DNA of 64,000 nucleotides from Bacteroidales bacterium (GTDB taxonomy: Bacteria; Bacteroidota; Bacteroidia; Bacteroidales; UBA10428). The stretch spans positions 1,031 through 65,030 of the forward strand of contig JBGSSA010000076.1 of the NCBI GenBank assembly GCA_041737295.1. Direction: 5' to 3'. Both the position numbers and the translations under genes were made by a program. The notes under the pieces were generated by a model. The model made no database searches. It had not been told where the DNA came from and saw only the letters and a list, made by a program, of their open reading frames with translations. This document shows, in pieces, positions 58,914 to 64,000 of this stretch; the first letter of the stretch is position 1, and the number at the start of each line of letters is the position of its first letter.

Positions 58914-60218
58914 ATGTACAAACCCATGACTATACTTCGGCTTTTGCGGATGACCGCGCTGATTACCGGTTATCTTGTACTTGTATCCTGCAACACGAAC
59001 AGGAATCCGGCTGTATCCCCGGAAGATCCGATGGAAGATCTTACCCTGCCGGAAGGATTCACATCCCGCGTAATTGCTGATAGCCTCGGGCGCGGACGGC
59101 ACATTGCCGTGAATTCGAACGGTGATATCTACCTGGCCCTTCAGGATCTGCACGATGGACATGGACTGGTGGCTGCCCGTGATACAAACGGCGATGGCAA
59201 ATGTGATCTTGCCGCCTATTTTGGCGATCTTCCCGGCACAGGGCTGCAAATCCATAAAGGATACCTTTATTTCGCCCATGATACAGGGGTTATTCGCTAT
59301 AAACTCAGGGAAAACGAATTGTTGCCTGCACCTGATCCAGAACCCATAATAGTTGGGTTTACCCGCCAGTACCAGCATGCAGCAAAGACAATCGCCTTTG
59401 ACGGGGAAGGAAACCTTTATGTGAATGTGGGTGCGCCTTCCAATGCCTGCCAGCAGGATGACCGTTCACCCGGATCACCGGGATTGGATCCATGTCCCCT
59501 CCTGGAATCGTATGGAGGAATCTGGCGGTTTAAGGACGATGTACTGAACCAGACCCAGGAAAAGGACGGACACCGTTTCGCTACCGGCCTGCGAAACTGT
59601 GTTGCCATTGACTGGAACACGACGGTTAATAAGCTGTATGTTGTACAGCATGGCAGGGACCAGCTGAATCAGATGTTCCCCGGGCTATACAGCGATTCGG
59701 CAAATGCAAATCTGCCTGCCGAGGAATTTTTCATGCTCCAGGACGGAGATGATTGTGGCTGGCCGTATTGCTATTTTGATGACGGCAAAAACAAAAAACT
59801 GCTTTCCCCTGAATACAATGGCAACGCGGAAACTGTTGGGCTTTGTGCCGGTAAGAAAGCTCCCATTATGGCATTCCCGGCTCACACGGCTCCAAACGAT
59901 CTCCTTTTCTATTCGCAGGACATGTTCCCCGCCCATTACAAGAATGGTGCCTTCATTGCATTCCACGGCTCATGGAACCGGGCTCCCATGTTCCAGGAAG
60001 GGTTTAATGTGGTTTTTGTTCCGTTTAATAATACCCTGCCTTCCGGTGGCTGGGAAATATTTGCATCCGGGTTTTCGGGGAATGATACAATTAAGAATCC
60101 CGATGACGCCCTTCACCGCCCTATGGGCCTGGCAACGGGCAGTGACGGCTCCCTTTATGTTTCCGATTCCAAAAGAGGCACAATATGGCATATTACTTAC
60201 GAACACAGTTCCCCTTGA
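58914..60218 (+). CDS. PQQ-dependent (soluble glucose/sorbosone) dehydrogenase-like beta-propeller protein
   Basis: Lipoprotein-like N-terminus (LVLVSC), repeated propeller blades and PMGLATGSDGSLYVSDSKRGTIW, as in the sorbosone dehydrogenase family. Confidence 0.7.
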   Translation: MYKPMTILRLLRMTALITGYLVLVSCNTNRNPAVSPEDPMEDLTLPEGFTSRVIADSLGRGRHIAVNSNGDIYLALQDLHDGHGLVAARDTNGDGKCDLAAYFGDLPGTGLQIHKGYLYFAHDTGVIRYKLRENELLPAPDPEPIIVGFTRQYQHAAKTIAFDGEGNLYVNVGAPSNACQQDDRSPGSPGLDPCPLLESYGGIWRFKDDVLNQTQEKDGHRFATGLRNCVAIDWNTTVNKLYVVQHGRDQLNQMFPGLYSDSANANLPAEEFFMLQDGDDCGWPYCYFDDGKNKKLLSPEYNGNAETVGLCAGKKAPIMAFPAHTAPNDLLFYSQDMFPAHYKNGAFIAFHGSWNRAPMFQEGFNVVFVPFNNTLPSGGWEIFASGFSGNDTIKNPDDALHRPMGLATGSDGSLYVSDSKRGTIWHITYEHSSP

Positions 60219-60616
60219 AAATTTATCAGCTGATTCAGGCATGTATTCTTTTCGCAATTCTTTCCTGCACGGGAAATAAAAAACCGGCAGAAGAAACTGC
60301 TGTTGATCCCGGACTGGAAATATATACGAAGTACTGCATGGCATGCCATCAGGCTTCAGGCTCGGGTGTGCCCGGCATGTATCCCACGCTGCAGAAGACC
60401 GATTGGGTTTCTGGCGATAAATCCAGGCTTATTGGCATTATACTAAACGGACAAGAAGGAGAGATCATCGTAAATGGCCAGGTATTCAGGGGAGTAATGC
60501 CTCCCCACCAGTATCTCACGGATAAGCAGATAGCCGATGTACTGACCTATGTGAGATCGAATTTTGGAAACACCGCCGGTGCTGTTTTACCTGAGGAAGT
60601 ATCCCGCCTCCGATAG
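60185..60616 (+). CDS. class I c-type cytochrome (lipoprotein)
   Basis: Haem motif CMACH, distal Met region (GVMPP) and lipobox ILSC. An alternative TTG start at 60215 overlaps the upstream TGA. Confidence 0.8.
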   Translation: MAYYLRTQFPLKIYQLIQACILFAILSCTGNKKPAEETAVDPGLEIYTKYCMACHQASGSGVPGMYPTLQKTDWVSGDKSRLIGIILNGQEGEIIVNGQVFRGVMPPHQYLTDKQIADVLTYVRSNFGNTAGAVLPEEVSRLR

Positions 60617-60622
60617 ATTATT

Positions 60623-60794
60623 TGTTGATTTGTTGATTTGCTGATTTGCTGATTTGCTGATTGGGCTGACGCGGCTGACTGCATGACTGCATGACTGCAC
60701 GACTGCAAGACTTCTGGGCTTCTGGGCTGCAAAACTGCAAAACCTTCTTCACTGACCACCGACTACTGATTACCGATTACCGATTACCGACTAC
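60623..60794. repeat. mosaic array of 7-9 nt micro-tandem repeats filling a convergent intergenic spacer
   Basis: In order: TGTTGATT x2, TGCTGATT x3, GGGCTGAC, GCGGCTGAC, TGCATGAC x2, TGCACGAC, TGCAAGAC, TTCTGGGC x2, TGCAAAAC x2, then heptamers CGACTAC, TGATTAC, CGATTAC x2, CGACTAC. Confidence 0.9.
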
Positions 60795-62155
60795 TCCCTG
60801 TAAAGGTGGAAGAATCCGCTGTAAACTTCTTTCTTAATATCATCCTCAACCGGATCCTTGAAATAGATCAGCGTGGAAACCGCCCAGTAATATACCCCTT
60901 CCGGAGCCTTCCTCTCTGATTTCATAACGAGCCCGTCCCATCCTTTCCAGTCACGGATATCCCCTGAATACTCGTGCATCCTTTTTCCGGCCCTGTCGAA
61001 AATCGTTATTTCAATGGTTACAACGGATACATCCTCACTCCGGAATATGTCATTCTCACTCTCCTGGTAATTTTCAATGGTGAGCTCCCGGTCCGGGGAA
61101 AAAACGTTTGGAAGTATAAAATTTCCATAAACAAGTTCGGCCTCAGCAGTAACCGAATCCATGCATTCATAGGGTTTATCGGATTTGGTGGTAAGTGTTA
61201 TTTTATACTTACCCGGCTTTTTATATTCATGTTCAATGGCAGTGCCGGCTGTATCCGTTTCCAGAATTTCGCCATCCCCAAAATCGAGTTTATAACTCAG
61301 CGAGTTTTTTGATCCCGAAATATCAAACCTGAATTTTCCGGGCGCTGACTGAATATCCGGCCGATAATAGAGCTGGTAATTTTTCCCCGGGTAATTGGCG
61401 CTGTCAAGATCCAGATATTTAGGCTCAGTCATTTCTGCATTGGATTGTATAGAGACATAGAAAACCGAATCCACCCTTACCAGGTCGAATCGGTCAGTTA
61501 CATTCAACTTATACCAGGTATCCTCGAAGGGCGGGTTGCTCACACGGGTGATCAGCCGGCTGGGAGGGATTCCTGCTTCAGGGTTGTCGGTGGACCAGCG
61601 AATCGTATATGTGTTGGCTATCCTGATCCGGTTTCCGTTGACCGGATTATAGTAATAGGAAGGAGGGGCTGTTGTATCCGATCTCAGGTCAAGGGATGAA
61701 CAATTGTAGTATCCGAACTGCAGGGTGTTTTCAGCATCCTTATTGGTGATATCAACCCGGAAGTCATTAAACACAAGCCAAACCCTGTATACATTTGTAA
61801 CACTTCCCTTGGTTACTGTCACCTGGTATCCTGAGGTGACACTGATGGTGTCAACGGTGGAAGTCCACCCTGAGGTTGTTCCCGGTATGGGAGTATAGGC
61901 CTGTGCACCGGGGTCGTATACCGACCAGTCGAAATTCCAACCAGCAAGCCTGTCATCTGATACAGCGACAATGGCAATTGTTTTCTCCTGCCCGTATTGC
62001 CCGATATTGTAAACAAAGACCTTATCGGTTCCTCCCCCCGTATTATAAGCTGCGCCAAACGAATCACTGGCCTCGGGTGAAAAAATCTGCCCGGCCGCTG
62101 TGGCGGCCAGGATTGTTAATACCAATATGAGGGGCACTATCTTTTTTAGCCTCAT
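60791..62155 (-). CDS. secreted protein with PKD domain and T9SS type-B C-terminal sorting domain
   Basis: Signal peptide, PKD module (KLDFGDGEI...YKKPGKYKITL) and C-terminal LPNVFSPD...IFDRAGKRM...WKGWDG...GVYYW. Confidence 0.75.
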   Translation of the reverse strand: MRLKKIVPLILVLTILAATAAGQIFSPEASDSFGAAYNTGGGTDKVFVYNIGQYGQEKTIAIVAVSDDRLAGWNFDWSVYDPGAQAYTPIPGTTSGWTSTVDTISVTSGYQVTVTKGSVTNVYRVWLVFNDFRVDITNKDAENTLQFGYYNCSSLDLRSDTTAPPSYYYNPVNGNRIRIANTYTIRWSTDNPEAGIPPSRLITRVSNPPFEDTWYKLNVTDRFDLVRVDSVFYVSIQSNAEMTEPKYLDLDSANYPGKNYQLYYRPDIQSAPGKFRFDISGSKNSLSYKLDFGDGEILETDTAGTAIEHEYKKPGKYKITLTTKSDKPYECMDSVTAEAELVYGNFILPNVFSPDRELTIENYQESENDIFRSEDVSVVTIEITIFDRAGKRMHEYSGDIRDWKGWDGLVMKSERKAPEGVYYWAVSTLIYFKDPVEDDIKKEVYSGFFHLYRE

Positions 62156-62260
62156 TGAACGGATGGAATATTTTTACAATGCTAACTAAAAAAAATCATA
62201 AATATTATATACAAAGCCAATTCAATGCGCCGGATCCTTTCACGTTGCCATGAATTCACC

Positions 62261-62268
62261 TATTTTTG
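62261..62268 (+). promoter_or_regulatory. -7 box (TAnnTTTG) upstream of the creatininase-family gene
   Basis: TATTTTTG, 16 nt before the ATG at 62285. Confidence 0.35.
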
Positions 62269-62284
62269 TTAAAAATCAACTCCT

Positions 62285-63049
62285 ATGCCGGCACCCTATA
62301 TTCTCCGCGAAAATAACTGGAAATCCGTTCAGTCACAACCCTATGATATCGCCATTTTACCCTGGGGTGCAACGGAGGCGCATAATTACCATCTCCCTTT
62401 CGGAACCGACACCATTGAAACCGAATACATAGCCCGGATGGCAGCCGGAAAAGCGTGGGATAAAGGCACCCGTGTTGTAGTTCTTCCGGCAATCCCCTAT
62501 GGGGTGAACACCGCCCAACTTGACATTTTCATGACAATGAACATGAACCCATCCACGCAGCTCAAAATTCTGGAAGATATCCTTTCAAGCCTTTCCATGC
62601 ATGGAATAAACAAACTGGTTGTGTTCAACGGGCATGGCGGAAACGACTTTAAAAGCCTGATCCGTGAGCTGCAACCCCGGTATCCTGAAATTTTTATCGC
62701 ACAGTTGAACTGGTTTGAGGTGGTTCCCCTTGATCACTATTTTGAAGAAACCGGAGATCATGCCAATGAAATGGAAACGAGCGTGATGATGCATATCGTG
62801 CCCGACCTGGTTCTTCCCCTTGAGGAAGCCGGACCGGGCAATGCCCGAACAGTAAAATTTGCTGCCCGCAGGGAAGGATGGGTCTGGTTTCCCAGGGCCT
62901 GGACCCGCGTGACAGAGGATACCGGAATTGGTAACCCGGCAAAGGCCACAGCCGAAAAGGGGAAAAAATACCTGGAGGATATTACCGATAAGATTGCGGA
63001 TTTTTTTACCGAATTGGTGAATACTACCCCGGAGGAGATGTACGAGTAG
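62285..63049 (+). CDS. creatininase (creatinine amidohydrolase) family protein
   Basis: LPWGATEAHNYHLPFGTD and NGHGGN metal-site motifs. Confidence 0.8.
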   Translation: MPAPYILRENNWKSVQSQPYDIAILPWGATEAHNYHLPFGTDTIETEYIARMAAGKAWDKGTRVVVLPAIPYGVNTAQLDIFMTMNMNPSTQLKILEDILSSLSMHGINKLVVFNGHGGNDFKSLIRELQPRYPEIFIAQLNWFEVVPLDHYFEETGDHANEMETSVMMHIVPDLVLPLEEAGPGNARTVKFAARREGWVWFPRAWTRVTEDTGIGNPAKATAEKGKKYLEDITDKIADFFTELVNTTPEEMYE

Positions 63050-63060
63050 GATGTTCTGTT

Positions 63061-63125
63061 CCATGTGTTGGCACACATGGACCGTGGGTTTTACCCACGG
63101 TTATTCAGATTTGCCCCTTCGGGGC
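63061..63125 (+). terminator. three consecutive short hairpins after the creatininase-family gene
   Basis: CCATGTG-ttggca-CACATGG (63061-63080). CCGTGGGT-ttt-ACCCACGG (63082-63100). GCCCC-ttc-GGGGC (63113-63125). Confidence 0.4.
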
Positions 63126-63130
63126 GCTGA

Positions 63131-63220
63131 CGCCTACTTCATCCCACCTCTCACCCCATCTCAACCCTTCTCACCGAATCTTCGAAATTACCGACCACCG
63201 ATTACCGGCTACCGATTACC
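63131..63220. repeat. 10-mer (NNNNNNNNTC x5) then heptamer (TTACCGA-like x4.5) micro-tandem array
   Basis: Decamers CGCCTACTTC ATCCCACCTC TCACCCCATC TCAACCCTTC TCACCGAATC, then heptamers TTACCGA CCACCGA TTACCGG CTACCGA TTACC. Confidence 0.85.
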
Positions 63221-63235
63221 TGAAAACGGATCCTT

Positions 63236-63754
63236 CTATATATCGAACAACCCATCCGGGGCATTAATCCGTATTACCTTTTCCTTATCATTGACTTCCA
63301 GGAGGATATCCTCATGAACCGGGACAAGGAATTCTTTGTCCCCGTTTAATACGGATAACAGCGGATTATTCTTCATTTCAAGCACCTCTTCGGCGAAACC
63401 GATAAATCCAAGATGGACATCAATTACCTTGTACCCTTTGATATCCGGTATTTTTTTTGCGGAAGATGTAACCTTTACCTGGTCTTTCATCACATACACC
63501 GGATACCCCATGTATTCCCGGGCCTTATTCTCCGTGTCGATTCCCTCGATTTTAAGGATAACCGTATCTTCTGTTTTTTCCTGGAAGCTTTCAATAAAAA
63601 AGGGGACTGGTAACCCGTCTATTTCAACGAATACCAATCCCCGCTTTTTAATGTCTTCAGCCTTCAGTCCGCTGAACCTGACGATTAAGGAACCCCTGGT
63701 GCCATGTGGCTTGGTCAGTGTGCCCAACAGAATACAATTGTCCTTATTTATCAT
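63236..63754 (-). CDS. rimM: 16S rRNA processing / ribosome maturation factor RimM
   Basis: GTLTKPHGTRGSL N-domain plus a PRC-barrel C-domain. Downstream of the probable rpsP. Confidence 0.85.
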   Translation of the reverse strand: MINKDNCILLGTLTKPHGTRGSLIVRFSGLKAEDIKKRGLVFVEIDGLPVPFFIESFQEKTEDTVILKIEGIDTENKAREYMGYPVYVMKDQVKVTSSAKKIPDIKGYKVIDVHLGFIGFAEEVLEMKNNPLLSVLNGDKEFLVPVHEDILLEVNDKEKVIRINAPDGLFDI

Positions 63755-63827
63755 CAGAACAGTTTACCGTTAAACAACACCAGAAACCGGCAGTATAATT
63801 ACCTTAACGAATCAGGTCAAATTGAAG

Positions 63828-64000
63828 CTACGCTCCTGCAGATTCTTTAGAATCGGCAGATTCTGCCGGATTTTCAGATGCTGGTTCTGCCGGAGTCTCA
63901 GATGCTGGTTCTACTTTAGTCTCAGATACTGGTCCTGCCGGATTTTCAACGGCTGGTTCTTCCGCAGCTTCAGGAGATTCATCAACACTAACTTCTGCTT
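63828..64000 (-). CDS. rpsP: 3' end of a gene encoding an acidic low-complexity tail, probably ribosomal protein S16 with a C-terminal extension
   Basis: Absent from the ORF track. My minus-strand translation is AEVSVDESPEAAEEPAVENPAGPVSETKVEPASETPAEPASENPAESADSKESAGA*, with the stop at 63830-63828. The assignment rests only on the conserved rpsP-rimM order. Confidence 0.45.
   Translation of the reverse strand, partial: AEVSVDESPEAAEEPAVENPAGPVSETKVEPASETPAEPASENPAESADSKESAGA

Noticed and set aside
60547-60759. 70-aa minus-strand ORF across the repeat mosaic (and the similar 63051-63317 plus-strand ORF)
   Set aside because: The reading frames exist only because short repeats lack stops. The translations (QSANQQISKSTNQQ..., LTPSQPFSPNLRNYRPPITGYRLP) just mirror the DNA repeats.
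60623-60794. CRISPR array
   Set aside because: The units are 7-9 nt and directly abutting, with no unique spacers. There are no cas genes in the window.
1-64000. Mobile elements, prophage, tRNA/rRNA genes, toxin-antitoxin pairs
   Set aside because: I recognised no transposase, integrase or recombinase-like translation and no terminal inverted repeats flanking a gene block. No spacer is long or structured enough for tRNA or rRNA; the longest non-coding gap is ~270 nt. A covariance-model scan (tRNAscan/Infernal) would be needed to exclude small ncRNAs formally.

Overview
This is a densely coding chromosomal segment that I attribute to a Bacteroidota bacterium. The attribution is an inference from three things: T9SS and gliding genes (porW/sprE, porX, a PorP/SprF-family gene, two type-B CTD cargo proteins, a gldA-like ABC ATPase), rpoN, and several TAnnTTTG -7 boxes just upstream of genes.

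I support 54 protein-coding genes. Two are partial genes at the window edges that the ORF track missed. Most of the rest are housekeeping:
- Translation, tRNA modification and ribosome maturation: tyrS, asnS, tsaB, tsaE, rimM, the rpsP tail.
- Core metabolism: metK, rnr, a three-gene biotin-dependent acyl-CoA carboxylase set, ald, purine nucleoside phosphorylase.

Three separate patches of surface-polysaccharide machinery are interspersed with these:
- Wzy-like plus Wzz-like at 4.7-7.2 kb.
- Sugar-nucleotide genes plus a Wza-like exporter plus an atypical initiating transferase at 17-24 kb.
- A Wzc tyrosine autokinase at 34.6-37 kb.

The T9SS content is porW-porX-tsaE and a 1923-aa modular type-B CTD adhesin followed by its PorP/SprF partner.

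I recognised no rRNA, tRNA, CRISPR array, transposase, integrase or prophage genes, and no clear-cut self-contained novel system.

The features I cannot explain with known classes are:
- Intergenic spacers built almost entirely from drifting mosaics of 7-10 nt micro-tandem repeats (60623-60794, 63131-63220, 9141-9172).
- A radical-SAM / GT28-like / PAP2-like gene trio.
- A phosphoglycosyl transferase that lacks the canonical re-entrant helix.
- An unassigned 5x repeat module inside the giant adhesin.

All functional calls come from motif recognition by eye. No searches or computations were run.
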